A DNA stretch of 59,393 nucleotides, the filler included. It is 3 parts of 3 records of this genome, joined end to end, with 100 filler letters (N's around TTAATTAATTAA, not from the genome) between each part and the next. Parts side by side here need not be neighbours in the genome. Positions count along the whole stretch, not along the records: positions 19,213 to 39,974 come from SRR31156797_8705; positions 40,075 to 59,393 come from SRR31156797_8707; 1 more part is not named here. One strand, written 5' to 3'. Numbering within the stretch: the stretch's first letter is position 1; each line of letters begins with the position of its first letter. This document shows, piece by piece, positions 39,120 to 48,951 of the stretch. The position numbers were made by a program, and so were the translations under genes. A model generated the notes under the pieces. That model worked only from the letters and a program-made list of their open reading frames with translations, had not been told where the DNA came from and ran no database searches.

Positions 39120-39335
39120 TCTATGCAGATTATTAACAATGCACACAATGCTCTATCGATCATATTCTGCAAGGAGGGTCGCTCAAAACTGACTGAGGGA
39201 AGGATAGCAACACATTCACCAAGTCCCAACATACCATTCCAATCGTCACTGTTCCGGCATGGGGGCATATCGGACCGAAGTCCGACGGAACAATGACTCG
39301 GACATGAGTGAATGAACAAACTTCGAGGAGAAACA

Positions 39336-39974
39336 ATGTTTAAGAATCAAGTAGTCATCGGATCACTTTACGCTTTGCTTGCCACCGTCCTGTGGGCTGG
39401 CGCTTTTATCATCGCCCGCTTGGCAGTCGGTGAAATTTCACCCATGACTTTGGGTGCAACCCGTTGGGGCATGGCTTTGATCATCCTCAGCACCTTCATG
39501 TTGCCAAAAGTGAAAAAAGAATGGCCTGTCGCCAAAACTTTCCTGCCGCAAATCATTGCTGCCGCCGCATTTGGTGTCGCTGCATACTCTCCGCTCAGTT
39601 ATTTCGCAGCGCAGACCACTTCGGCCATCAACCTCTCTCTCATTTCTGTAACAACCCCAATCTTCATCGTCATCATCGCAGCTGCCATGGGCCAGAAGCA
39701 GTCCTTCAACACATGGGCTGGTTGTATCGTCGCTCTGATCGGTTCATTTTATCTCGTCTCCGGTGGCGACATCAACCAGATCCTCGGCATGCATTTCGCT
39801 GCTGGTGACATCCTCATGCTCGGAGCCGCAGTTGGTTTCGCCATTTACAGCCTGATTCTCAAGAAGACCCCTGACGGACTGTCCGGCGGTACCATTATGT
39901 ACCTCATGTCCTTCTTTGCAGTGCTCATGCTCATCCCCTGTGTCATCTGGGAATCCACCCAGCCGAGCATGGTC
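39336..39974 (+). CDS. DMT/EamA-family transporter, 3'-truncated by gap
   Basis: LWAGAFIIAR, ISPMTL..TRW, TTSAINLSLI...TPIF, GDILML; GAGGAG RBS. Confidence 0.88.
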
Positions 39975-40074
39975 NNNNNNNNNNNNNNNNNNNNNNNNNN
40001 NNNNNNNNNNNNNNNNNNTTAATTAATTAANNNNNNNNNNNNNNNNNNNNNNNNNNNNNNNNNNNNNNNNNNNN
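39975..40074. other. Artificial contig linker (N44-TTAATTAATTAA-N44)
   Basis: Same structure as 19113-19212. Confidence 0.99.
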
Positions 40075-41271
40075 CACGTTCATGATGAAGTTGGTCATCA
40101 TCATCACGAAAAAGGCGATGCTCATGACAAAGACAAACCAAGTGGCTTCCTTGAACATGGCGAGCCAGTTGACGGCGAGCCACTTGGCAGCACCCGTATC
40201 CCACAGGCAGAACCCGATGCTCATGGCCCCACCGAACAGAAGGATAATATTCCAGGGGATATCTTCCAGGTCGTCCACATCCAGGATGCCAACGATAAAA
40301 AACAGAATGGTGGATACCAGGATAATGGCCGTTTTGTTGATGGGTTGAAGTGCGGGAATAAAGGATCGCAGGCTCATGACCAGAATACAGCCGAATACAA
40401 TAACCGCAGCCAGTATTTCCTTTTTGGTAATGGTCCCCAACTCACTGTTCAACTGCTTTGCTTTTTCCCTTAACCCGGGGATCACCTTCTTTTCAGGCTT
40501 TAAAAATATCATGAAAAATCCCCAGAGCAGAAAGGTCATGAGCCAGCCGATGGGGAACATGTAGTAGCTCAGTTCAAAAAAACTGACCTCCTTGCCGACC
40601 ACGTCAGTGTAAAAACCTAAGGCAACAGCGCCCCTGGCGGCCCCCAGCAGGGTTACAATACTGCCGGCACCGGCCACATAGGCCATCCCAATGAAGAGGC
40701 CCTTGCCGAATTTTGTCTGCTTGTTCCCTTCGCCATAAAGCGCGTAAATGGATATGAGCAGCGGGTAAATGGTCGCAGCCACAGCCGTATGGGCCATGAT
40801 GTGGGTGAGGGCCGCCGTCACAACGAAACAGCCCAGGTAAATCATACTTGTTTTTTCCCCCACAACGATCAACATTTTGTAGGCTAGCCGTTTGGTTAAC
40901 CCCACTTTGGTAAAAACCAGACCGATGACGATGGATGCAAAAATAAACATGACGGACGGCACCATGAAATCCGTAAAAGCCACCTTTGCCGGCCGGATCA
41001 GGAACATGGCCTGAAGAACACCGATGGTCAGGCTGGTGACCCCGATGGGCACCACTTCAAACACCCACCAGGTGCCCGCCAGCAGGAAGACCGCCAATGC
41101 GCCTTTCGCCTCTTTGCTTAAGGGGAAATGTTTCCCCATGGGATCCACGGCGTCGGGCCAGGATGAAGACGTATAGACAATAATAAACAGAAAAACCCCT
41201 ACCAGAAGAAAAATGATTTTTATCCAGTTAATTTTTGATTGTTCATCCGCTGAAGTGATGTCGCTCGACAT
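40075..41271 (-). CDS. SLC13/DASS-family permease, 3'-truncated by gap
   Basis: WWVFEVVPIGVTSL, GLTKRLA, TLLGAARG, IPWNIILLFGGA, TGAAKWLA. Confidence 0.88.
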
Positions 41272-41342
41272 GTATTAAACCCTCCGTCTGATTTGTATTC
41301 TTAAATATAGTCAAGGCGGAATTAAGTGCCCTTTTTATAATG

Positions 41343-41900
41343 TTAAAGGCTGCAGGTGGTTTTCATGGTCTGAAAGATGGCGTTAAACACGTCCGTCAAC
41401 CTCAAAATGCCTATGATTTTATCCCCCCGGGTTACGAGCAGGGATTGATGGTGTCCCAGCACCAACTGATGGCAGGCCATCGCCATGGAAGCATCCTCAT
41501 TGACATATTCCCCTTCGACGGGCGTATGCATGAAATCCTTGACTTTTATGTCGGCGCCTTTTTTGCAGATGTCGTTAAGTGGTTTTTCCCACAGATAGTT
41601 ATTCACCATCATGGATGAAATGAATTTCCGGCTCAGGCCGAATCGCGACAGGGACTTGATATTACCCATTTCACCGTATTTGGGTTCCAATGCCCTGATG
41701 ATGTCCAGTTGGCCCAGTTTCCCCACAATTCGGTCTTTTGAATCATATACCAATACGGCCCTGTGTTTATAGGGCAGATGATCGAATTTTTCCTGTGCTT
41801 CCTCCAGAGCCAGAACCGCTTCGTAAAGGGTCGCGCTGTCCGAGACGGTGGCGTACTCGTCAAGAGGTACCATAAGATCTTTTATCATCATTGTTTCCAT
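41343..41900 (-). CDS. CBS-domain protein
   Basis: IKDLMVPLDEYATV, VKDFMHTP, GILRLTDVF; paired CBS motifs. Confidence 0.85.
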   Translation of the reverse strand: METMMIKDLMVPLDEYATVSDSATLYEAVLALEEAQEKFDHLPYKHRAVLVYDSKDRIVGKLGQLDIIRALEPKYGEMGNIKSLSRFGLSRKFISSMMVNNYLWEKPLNDICKKGADIKVKDFMHTPVEGEYVNEDASMAMACHQLVLGHHQSLLVTRGDKIIGILRLTDVFNAIFQTMKTTCSL

Positions 41901-42109
41901 AATTCACCTTCCTCTAGTTAATAGCATTTTGGCGCGGATCATAAAAACTCCATCCTTCAAAGTCAAGAATTTTAGGCCGTTCGTCTGAATCTTAGGATCG
42001 GTTTTTTCGAATATTTGTGAGTGCGATTTAAAACCATTGAAAATCGGGGCCACAATGATTTATAAAGGTTTCAAAGCAAAACAAAATACCCCGATCAGGA
42101 GCTCACATT

Positions 42110-43816
42110 ATGTCACAGCATATCGTCGTTGTTGGAGCGGTTGCTTTGGGTCCCAAAGCGGCCTGCCGTTTTAAAAGGCTTGAACCCGATTCAAAGGTTA
42201 CAATGGTTGATTACTCGGATCTTATTTCCTACGGAGGTTGTGGAATCCCCTATTTTGTATCCGGAGATGTCAGTGACGCGAGCCAGCTTCAGTCAACCAG
42301 TTTTCATATGGTTCGCGATGCGAAGTTTTTCCGAAATGTGAAAGACATTGATGTGTTGACCAATACCAGGGCCTTATCCATAGATCGAAACAACAAAACC
42401 GTAAAGGTGCAAAACAGACTGGATCAACGGGAAGAAGATCTGTCCTACGATCAGCTTGTGTTGGCCACCGGCAGTCGCCCCAAACGACTCCCCATACCCG
42501 GTGCCGATTTAAAAGGGGTTTTTACGGTATCGAATCTGGATGAGGCAATGGCCATCAAGCAGGGGCTTGCCGACGGCGAGGTTGAAAAAGCCGTCGTCAT
42601 CGGCGCCGGCGCCATCGGGCTTGAAATGGCGGAAGCCATGGCGGATTTGTGGGGCATTGAGACCACGGTCATTGAAGTGGCCGATCAGATCCTCCCCGGT
42701 ATGGTCAGTCCGAATATGGCGCGTATGGCACAGTGCCATCTGGAAGAAAACGACGTTGCCGTTCGCCTCTGTGAAATGGTTCAGCGGTTTGAAGGGACGG
42801 ATCGGGTGAAGATGGTCATAACGGACAAAGGCACCATTGATGCGGACATGGTGATCATGGCGGTCGGTGTCGCCCCCAACAGCGATCTGGCCAAAGCGTC
42901 CGGGCTCGAGGTCTCAGCCGATGGGGCCATTGTGGTCAATGAACGGATGCAGACCTCCGATCCTCATATCTTTGCCGGGGGTGATTGTGTGGCGGTTTCC
43001 AATCTTCTCACCGGAAAACCGAGTTATTTTCCATCCGGCTCTCTGGCAAACAGGCAGGGACGGGTTATCGGTACCAATCTGGCGGGAGGAAACGCAACAT
43101 TTGCGGGGGCTGTGGGGACCTTCATAATAAAAATTTTTGAAATATCCTTAGCCAGTGGGGGAATGAGCCTGAAAACGGCGAAAGCTGAAGGATGGGATGC
43201 TTTAAGCGTGTTTGTTTCACAGTTTGATCGGGCGCATTTTTATCCGGAAAAAGGCCTCATGTACATGGAGCTTATCGTGGACCGGAAAACAGAGAAAGTA
43301 CTCGGCGTTCAAGGGCTTGGGGGCATGACGGATGCAGTTTTCGCCAGGGTCAATGCCGTGGCTGCAATCCTCAAATATGGTCCTACCACCGCTGACATTA
43401 GTAACCTGGAACTCCTTTATGCCCCGCCTTTTTCAGCGGCCATGGACATTGTGAATGCTCTGGGCAATACGGCTGAAAATGTTTTGAGAGGAAAAAACAA
43501 GCTGATTGATGTGAAGCAGTTTGCACAATGGTGGCAGGATAGAGACGGCAGCGATGCTGTTTTTTTGGATTGTCGGGGCTGGGGGAACGCCAAACCTTTT
43601 GCGGAAAAATATCCTGATGACTGGAAAAGCATTCCCCAGGATGAACTCAAACAGCGCATGGATGAGGTTCCCAAAGACAAACCCCTGGTGCTCATATGCA
43701 ATACGGGAGTTCGATCTTACGAAGCGCAGTTGAACCTGAAGCAGAAGGGCATTACCGATACATATAACCTTCAAGGGGGAATGGCCACCGTCAAGAAGTG
43801 GGGATTGGATCTTTAA
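42110..43816 (+). CDS. FAD-dependent CoA-disulfide/persulfide reductase-like enzyme with C-terminal rhodanese domain (CoADR-RHD/Npsr type)
   Basis: SYGGCGIPY redox Cys, LATGS, GAGAIGLE, TSDPHIFAGGDC, YAPPFS, rhodanese LICNTGVRS...LQGGM. Confidence 0.88.
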   Translation: MSQHIVVVGAVALGPKAACRFKRLEPDSKVTMVDYSDLISYGGCGIPYFVSGDVSDASQLQSTSFHMVRDAKFFRNVKDIDVLTNTRALSIDRNNKTVKVQNRLDQREEDLSYDQLVLATGSRPKRLPIPGADLKGVFTVSNLDEAMAIKQGLADGEVEKAVVIGAGAIGLEMAEAMADLWGIETTVIEVADQILPGMVSPNMARMAQCHLEENDVAVRLCEMVQRFEGTDRVKMVITDKGTIDADMVIMAVGVAPNSDLAKASGLEVSADGAIVVNERMQTSDPHIFAGGDCVAVSNLLTGKPSYFPSGSLANRQGRVIGTNLAGGNATFAGAVGTFIIKIFEISLASGGMSLKTAKAEGWDALSVFVSQFDRAHFYPEKGLMYMELIVDRKTEKVLGVQGLGGMTDAVFARVNAVAAILKYGPTTADISNLELLYAPPFSAAMDIVNALGNTAENVLRGKNKLIDVKQFAQWWQDRDGSDAVFLDCRGWGNAKPFAEKYPDDWKSIPQDELKQRMDEVPKDKPLVLICNTGVRSYEAQLNLKQKGITDTYNLQGGMATVKKWGLDL

Positions 43817-43833
43817 CAAGGAGGTCACGGCAT

Positions 43834-44244
43834 ATGGACTTCAACATCATGCAAAAAGCGCTAAAGGACTGTTCCCTGTTTCGAGGAATGGATCAGGGCC
43901 AGTTGGGCCTTCTGGCCATGAATGCCGAAGCGAAAGAATTTGCAGCGGAAGAATTTGTTTATCGACAGGGAGATGATGCCGACGGTTCCTTTGCCCTGAT
44001 TGTTTCAGGAAAGCTGGAGGCGAGCACCCAACAGGGCTATGTGTTGAAAACGCTGAGCAGCGGTGAAATCATTGGTGAAGTGGGCACCATCAGCCAGCAG
44101 GGAAAACGTACGGTAACCTTGAAAGCGGTGGAACCGGCAACCCTGCTTCAATGGAATATTCAGGATATCGGCAATACGTCTCCGTCCCTGTTAAAAAAAC
44201 TAAAGGATCTGGCGTGGCGGCGGATCAAAGACTTTAATGAATAG
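43834..44244 (+). CDS. Cyclic-nucleotide-binding domain protein
   Basis: LFRGM, YRQGD, IVSG, GEIIGEVG...RTVT; AAGGAGG RBS. Confidence 0.85.
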   Translation: MDFNIMQKALKDCSLFRGMDQGQLGLLAMNAEAKEFAAEEFVYRQGDDADGSFALIVSGKLEASTQQGYVLKTLSSGEIIGEVGTISQQGKRTVTLKAVEPATLLQWNIQDIGNTSPSLLKKLKDLAWRRIKDFNE

Positions 44245-44264
44245 CTTAAAACCCTTTACAAAAT

Positions 44265-44316
44265 AGGGTGCAGTTGTCAGGGGGCAGGATTAAATTTGAA
44301 GTTTTTTCTGCACCCT
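44265..44316. repeat. Intergenic inverted repeat element, copy A
   Basis: AGGGTGCAG...CTGCACCCT ends; core CAGTTGTCAGGGGGCAGGAT. Confidence 0.75.
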
Positions 44317-44468
44317 GAAATCGATTACAAAAAATGTAATCTTGCAATGGATGAAATGCTTTGTTATTCTGTCTCCAAAGAGATGTGTCGAGAGAGGAAA
44401 GGGGGTGAATCGTGTAAGATATCGGCGGGCCTTTGCCTAAAACCTTTAAAATGAAAAGGAGGGTTACG

Positions 44469-44678
44469 ATGGCTGGAAGTACATACAAAATCATTGAGTT
44501 GGTGGGTACGAGTGACCAATCGTGGGAAGACGCTGCAAACACCGCAATCGGGACAGCTGGCGAAAGTCTCAAGGATCTGAGAGTGGCGGAAGTTACCAAG
44601 CTGGATGTAACCATCGAAAATGGAAAGGTGACCTCATTTCGAACACGATTAAGTGTTTCATTTAAATACGCAAAGTAA
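44469..44678 (+). CDS. Dodecin-family protein
   Basis: YKIIELVGTS..SWEDAA..A...A..SLKDLR.AEV...D..IENG.V..FR..L.VSFK. Confidence 0.88.
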   Translation: MAGSTYKIIELVGTSDQSWEDAANTAIGTAGESLKDLRVAEVTKLDVTIENGKVTSFRTRLSVSFKYAK

Positions 44679-44747
44679 GGTAAAAAACGACAAAAGACCC
44701 CCTGTGCCCTGTTTTTGTTGCAGACTATCCGAGGAGCATTGCTGAAT

Positions 44748-45365
44748 ATGCCCAGAAACAGACTGACTGTACTTGATCAAATTGCGGCCTCAGATAAGGT
44801 TCGAAAAAAAATCATAGACGCTGCAAGCGCCCTTTACGCCAGGAAAGGCTTCGGGGCCACCTCAATTCAGGAAATCTCCGAAACCGCGAATGTTGCATTG
44901 CCTGTCACGTACCACTACGTCAAAAAGAAATCCGAGATTATGCGGCTTATCATGGAAGATGTGTTGAACACTTTCCAGGAGAGCCTGATCAGGGAAGTCA
45001 AGGACATTGTGGACCCCATGGAGAAGCTGGCCACCGCGGTCATCCTTTACCTCAGGGTGCTGGATGAGCAAAGGGAAAAGGTTCTGCTCATCTATCAAAA
45101 ATCCAGTTCACTGGACAGGAGTTCAAAAACGCAGATTATGGCGCTTGAAGTGGATGTTAGTGAAATTTTTTCAAATATCATTAACGAGGGTATTGCGCAG
45201 GGGGTCTTTAAGAAGGTCGATGTTGACCTCATGGCCTACAATATTTTGATGTTGTCATATATGTGGATACTGAAGCACTGGCATTTTAAAGATCGGTTGA
45301 CGTTGGATAAATATATTGACCTTCAGCTGGTGACCATCATGGACGCGCTTGGGGCCACCTATTGA
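44748..45365 (+). CDS. TetR/AcrR-family transcriptional regulator
   Basis: IIDAASALYARKGF.ATSIQEI...ANV....YHY..KK. Confidence 0.88.
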   Translation: MPRNRLTVLDQIAASDKVRKKIIDAASALYARKGFGATSIQEISETANVALPVTYHYVKKKSEIMRLIMEDVLNTFQESLIREVKDIVDPMEKLATAVILYLRVLDEQREKVLLIYQKSSSLDRSSKTQIMALEVDVSEIFSNIINEGIAQGVFKKVDVDLMAYNILMLSYMWILKHWHFKDRLTLDKYIDLQLVTIMDALGATY

Positions 45366-45368
45366 TGA

Positions 45369-45407
45369 GGTTGCAGGTTACGGGTTGAAGAGCCGTAACC
45401 TGAAACC
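45369..45407. repeat. Heptamer-built hairpin between convergent genes (possible terminator)
   Basis: GGTT.CAGGTTACGG...CCGTAACCTG.AACC; units AGGTTGC AGGTTAC GGGTTGA. Confidence 0.55.
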
Positions 45408-45415
45408 CGGAATTT

Positions 45416-46060
45416 TCATTTCTGTTTCTTCAGGATTAGCAGGTTCCTTTTCAAATCTTTACCTTTCAGGGTATAGGGCTTTGAGTCGTGAACAAAAAGC
45501 CCTCTTTCTTCTAATATTGTTTCACATTCGGTAAGGATATTCTCGAACCGGCTTCCCAGAAAAGCAACCATCAGGCCCCCAGGGGCCAGGTAGGGCGTAC
45601 ACCACTTGATGAGTTGTGGTAATGGCGCCATGGCCCTTGATGTAATGATATCGCAGTTGGTAAATGGAAAGGGTTGGGAGTGGGGGGCAATCCGGTCTCT
45701 GATGATCTCGATCTGTTTTAAACCACAGAGCCGGATGATCTGTTTTAAAAAACTTCCTTTTTTCCAATTGGGTTCCATGAGAAAAAATTTCATGGCCGGC
45801 CTGCAAATCTTCAGCGGGATGGCGGGAAAACCGGCCCCTGAGCCCACATCGAGGCATGTTCCCGTATCCGGAAGGTAAGGGAGCGGCATGAGCGAATCCG
45901 TCAGCAGCTCGTCAACAATGCGCCGGCCGGATGACAGGCCTGTCAGGTTCATGTGTTTGTTCCAGGCCACCAGTTCCTTAACGAAAATGCAGAGAAGGTC
46001 CTTTTGCTCCGATGAAAGGTTGATCTCAACTTCTTTGAAATATGACTCTGTGGGCTTCAT
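45416..46060 (-). CDS. rsmG: 16S rRNA (guanine527-N7)-methyltransferase
   Basis: WNKHMNLTG, LDVGSGAGFPAIPL, ITSRAM; start at 46060 or 46090. Confidence 0.9.
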   Translation of the reverse strand: MKPTESYFKEVEINLSSEQKDLLCIFVKELVAWNKHMNLTGLSSGRRIVDELLTDSLMPLPYLPDTGTCLDVGSGAGFPAIPLKICRPAMKFFLMEPNWKKGSFLKQIIRLCGLKQIEIIRDRIAPHSQPFPFTNCDIITSRAMAPLPQLIKWCTPYLAPGGLMVAFLGSRFENILTECETILEERGLFVHDSKPYTLKGKDLKRNLLILKKQK

Positions 46061-46076
46061 TTTTTGCAGTAGACCC

Positions 46077-46730
46077 TTAGATGACAACACGTCTTTTAAT
46101 GATGCCTACGGCTTCTTCGGGTGAATCCACCACCTGAAAAATATCAAGGTCCGATTCCTCAATGTTCTTTTCTTTAAGCATTACCTCTTTAATCCAGTCC
46201 AGCAGCCCTCCCCAGTAATCTTTTCCCACCATGAGGACGGGGAAATGCCGAATCCTTTTTGTTTGGATGAGTGTCAATGATTCAAAGAGTTCATCAAGGG
46301 TGCCGAATCCCCCCGGCATGATAATATAGGCAACGGCGTATTTGACGAACATGACTTTTCGAATGAAGAAATACTTGAAACTGAGGCGAACATTGGCATA
46401 TTTGTTGGGTTGTTGCTCATTGGGAAGCTCGATATGAAGCCCCACCGATTTTCCTTTTGCCTTACGCGCCCCCAGGTTGGCCGCTTCCATCACGCCGGGG
46501 CCACCGCCTGAAATCACATTAAAACCGCTTTCCACAAGGAGTTGAGCCGCTGTGATGGTTTTTTTGTATACGTCGCTTTCAGGGTCTGTCTGTGAAGATC
46601 CAAAAATGCTGACCGCGGGGTAGGCTTCAGGCATCTCTTCAAAACCCCTTACGAACTCGGATATGATCTGAAACATCCTCCAGGATTCCTTCAAGTTCAA
46701 ATCATCAACGATATATTGACTGTCCTTCAT
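46077..46730 (-). CDS. LOG-family (TIGR00730) nucleotide phosphoribohydrolase
   Basis: VSIFGS, SGGGPGVMEAAN, FFIRKVMF, PGGFGTLDELFE. Confidence 0.93.
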   Translation of the reverse strand: MKDSQYIVDDLNLKESWRMFQIISEFVRGFEEMPEAYPAVSIFGSSQTDPESDVYKKTITAAQLLVESGFNVISGGGPGVMEAANLGARKAKGKSVGLHIELPNEQQPNKYANVRLSFKYFFIRKVMFVKYAVAYIIMPGGFGTLDELFESLTLIQTKRIRHFPVLMVGKDYWGGLLDWIKEVMLKEKNIEESDLDIFQVVDSPEEAVGIIKRRVVI

Positions 46731-46942
46731 GATAAATGTCCTTTCGTTCTCGTTAAATCCACAAAAAACCGTTGCTTTTTGTCATCGCATACTTTAGCTT
46801 TTATGGTAAGCCAGCGTGGAATAATAGGGCGGTGGCGGGTTTGTGTCAAGGGATTGACAAGCATTACGACTTTTAGGGTCAATGATAGATACAAATGGGT
46901 TAAAATTCAAAATATAGTTGAAAAAGGCAAGGAGGTCGGCTA

Positions 46943-47149
46943 TTGGAACGAGTTGCTCGCGTTACTGAAATTATCGGTGCTTCTCCCGTGAGTTTCGATG
47001 AGGCAATCAAAACCGGTTTTGAAAGGGCCAGAAAAACGTTAAGAGGTATCACAGGTCTAAGGGTTCTCGAACAAAGGGTCGCGGTGGAGGATGATATCTT
47101 ACGTGAATACCGTGTCAGAATGGAAGTCATATTTGTTCTCGAAACATAA
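46943..47149 (+). CDS. Dodecin-family protein (second paralog)
   Basis: VARVTEIIGASPVSFDEAI..G..RA.KTLRGI, EYRV.M.V.FVLE; AAGGAGG RBS before a TTG start. Confidence 0.85.
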   Translation: MERVARVTEIIGASPVSFDEAIKTGFERARKTLRGITGLRVLEQRVAVEDDILREYRVRMEVIFVLET

Positions 47150-47168
47150 ATGAACCATTCCAGAGGAA

Positions 47169-47873
47169 ATGATTATGGAAGAAGAGAATCGCCGGGGAGA
47201 TATTCGAGATGCCGAACAGGATTTCCTGACGGACATCAGCCGGTTCAGTGGAGAAGATCAGGAACAGGATTTTTTAAACAGCATCAGCCCTTCTGCTCCC
47301 AAGGAAGATATTCAGGTAAATGTGGGTGAACGGGTCAAACAGGTGCGGGAAGACCGGGAGCTGACGCTGCAGGATATTTCTCAAAGAACCGGTCTGGATG
47401 TGGCCTTCCTGGAACAGATCGAAAAAGGCAATGTGGCACCGCCCCTGGGCACCGTTATTAAGCTGGCCAAGGCGCTTGACCTTAAAATGGGGTATTTCAT
47501 ATCGGGCGAAGAGGATATGCCCTTCACCATTGTGCGGAAACATGATCGGAAAGTGGTTTCGCGTTACAGCTCTAAAAAGGGTAAATATTATGGATACGGG
47601 TACGAGTCCCTGGCCCCCCATAAAAAAGACCGACACATGGAACCCTTTCTCATTTCCCTTGAACCTTCCAAATCCGACGAAGAACGATCCACCCATGATG
47701 GACAGGAATTTATTTATGTTCTTGAAGGGGTCATGGAAGTCAGACTCGGTGAGGCGGTTTATCTCCTTGAAGCGGGCGATTCCATATATTACGATTCCAC
47801 GGTTCCCCATCTTGTCAAGAATCATGGCAGCGATGTAACACGCATTCTGGCTGTTTTGTATTCGGAGGGATAG
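47169..47873 (+). CDS. XRE-family HTH-cupin transcriptional regulator
   Basis: VGERVKQVRE..ELTLQDIS..TG...LEQIEKG...PPLG; HDGQEFIYVLEG..GDSIYYDSTVPH. Confidence 0.92.
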   Translation: MIMEEENRRGDIRDAEQDFLTDISRFSGEDQEQDFLNSISPSAPKEDIQVNVGERVKQVREDRELTLQDISQRTGLDVAFLEQIEKGNVAPPLGTVIKLAKALDLKMGYFISGEEDMPFTIVRKHDRKVVSRYSSKKGKYYGYGYESLAPHKKDRHMEPFLISLEPSKSDEERSTHDGQEFIYVLEGVMEVRLGEAVYLLEAGDSIYYDSTVPHLVKNHGSDVTRILAVLYSEG

Positions 47874-47881
47874 GTCCCAAA

Positions 47882-48304
47882 ATGATTGCATTTGATTTGG
47901 AGTGTTCCCGGGGGCACCTTTTTGAAGGCTGGTTTGAGAGCCTTCAGTCTTTTGAGGAACAGAATTTGGAAGATCTCGTGCGATGTCCGATCTGTGATGA
48001 CGCGAATGTCAAAAAGGTGCTTTCACCTGTGGCGGTCAGAACATCCCAACCGCGGGAATTGAAACATCCAGCCGCCATCAATTATCGGAAATTGGCAAAA
48101 GAGGTCGTTGAATATATTAAGAATAATTCGGAAGATGTGGGAACCCGATTCGCCTCCGAGGCATTGAAAATCCACTACGGCGCTGCGGAAAAAAGAAGCA
48201 TCCGTGGGTCGGCAACGGAGGAAGAGGAAAAGACCCTGACGGAAGAAGGCGTGGGTTTCTTGAAGATCCCCATGCCCGTGTCAGAGCCTGACAAAAATAA
48301 TTAA
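47882..48304 (+). CDS. DUF1178-family zinc-ribbon protein
   Basis: MIAFDLEC..GH.FEGWF, CPIC, EDVG.RFA.EA.KIHYG, IRG.AT.EE. Confidence 0.9.
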   Translation: MIAFDLECSRGHLFEGWFESLQSFEEQNLEDLVRCPICDDANVKKVLSPVAVRTSQPRELKHPAAINYRKLAKEVVEYIKNNSEDVGTRFASEALKIHYGAAEKRSIRGSATEEEEKTLTEEGVGFLKIPMPVSEPDKNN

Positions 48305-48348
48305 ACGGACACGGGCGGATGGTTGGTGCCCGGTATGAGGAGTAAGAT

Positions 48349-48945
48349 ATGGGTAAGATAAAAAAAGCGATCATCAGCGTTACCGATAAGACGGGAATCG
48401 TGGATTTCGCGCAGTCCCTGGCCGGGTTCCATGTGGAGATACTGTCAACGGGGGGGACGGCCAAAGCTTTACGCCAGGGAGGGGTTTCGGTGACGGATAT
48501 TTCAGCCTATACCGGTTTTCCGGAAATGATGGACGGCCGCGTCAAGACACTTCATCCGAAAGTGCATGGCGGGCTTCTGGGCCTGCGTGATAATCCTGAT
48601 CATGTCAAGGTCATGGCGGAGCACGGGATTGAAGGCATTGACCTGGTGGTGGTGAATCTGTATCAGTTTGAAAAAACCGTATCCAAAGAAGGGGTGACGT
48701 TGGCTGAGGCCATCGAGAATATCGATATCGGAGGACCCTCCATGTTACGATCCGCCGCCAAGAATTTCAAGGATGTTACGGTCATTGTCGATCCGGATGA
48801 CTATGCGGAGGTTTTAAAGGAGATGGATGCTTCGGCCGGGGAAACCCTGCCCTCAACACGATTTCGCTTGGCCAGAAAGGTATTCCGCTTGACTTATGAA
48901 TACGATGGCGCCATAAGCCGATACCTGGAGGGAATGGAACTGTAA
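48349..48945 (+). CDS. purH: Stand-alone IMP cyclohydrolase (PurH N-terminal MGS domain only)
   Basis: [50 protein letters not shown] then stop; no AICAR transformylase domain. Confidence 0.88.
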   Translation: MGKIKKAIISVTDKTGIVDFAQSLAGFHVEILSTGGTAKALRQGGVSVTDISAYTGFPEMMDGRVKTLHPKVHGGLLGLRDNPDHVKVMAEHGIEGIDLVVVNLYQFEKTVSKEGVTLAEAIENIDIGGPSMLRSAAKNFKDVTVIVDPDDYAEVLKEMDASAGETLPSTRFRLARKVFRLTYEYDGAISRYLEGMEL

Positions 48946-48951
48946 GGCCAC

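Noticed and set aside
19213-41271. Idea that the DASS C-terminal fragment at 19213 completes the truncated SLC13 gene at 40075-41271
   Set aside because: They lie on different contigs, appear to be different subfamilies (CitT-like versus SdcS-like) and possibly different organisms; nothing in the sequence links them
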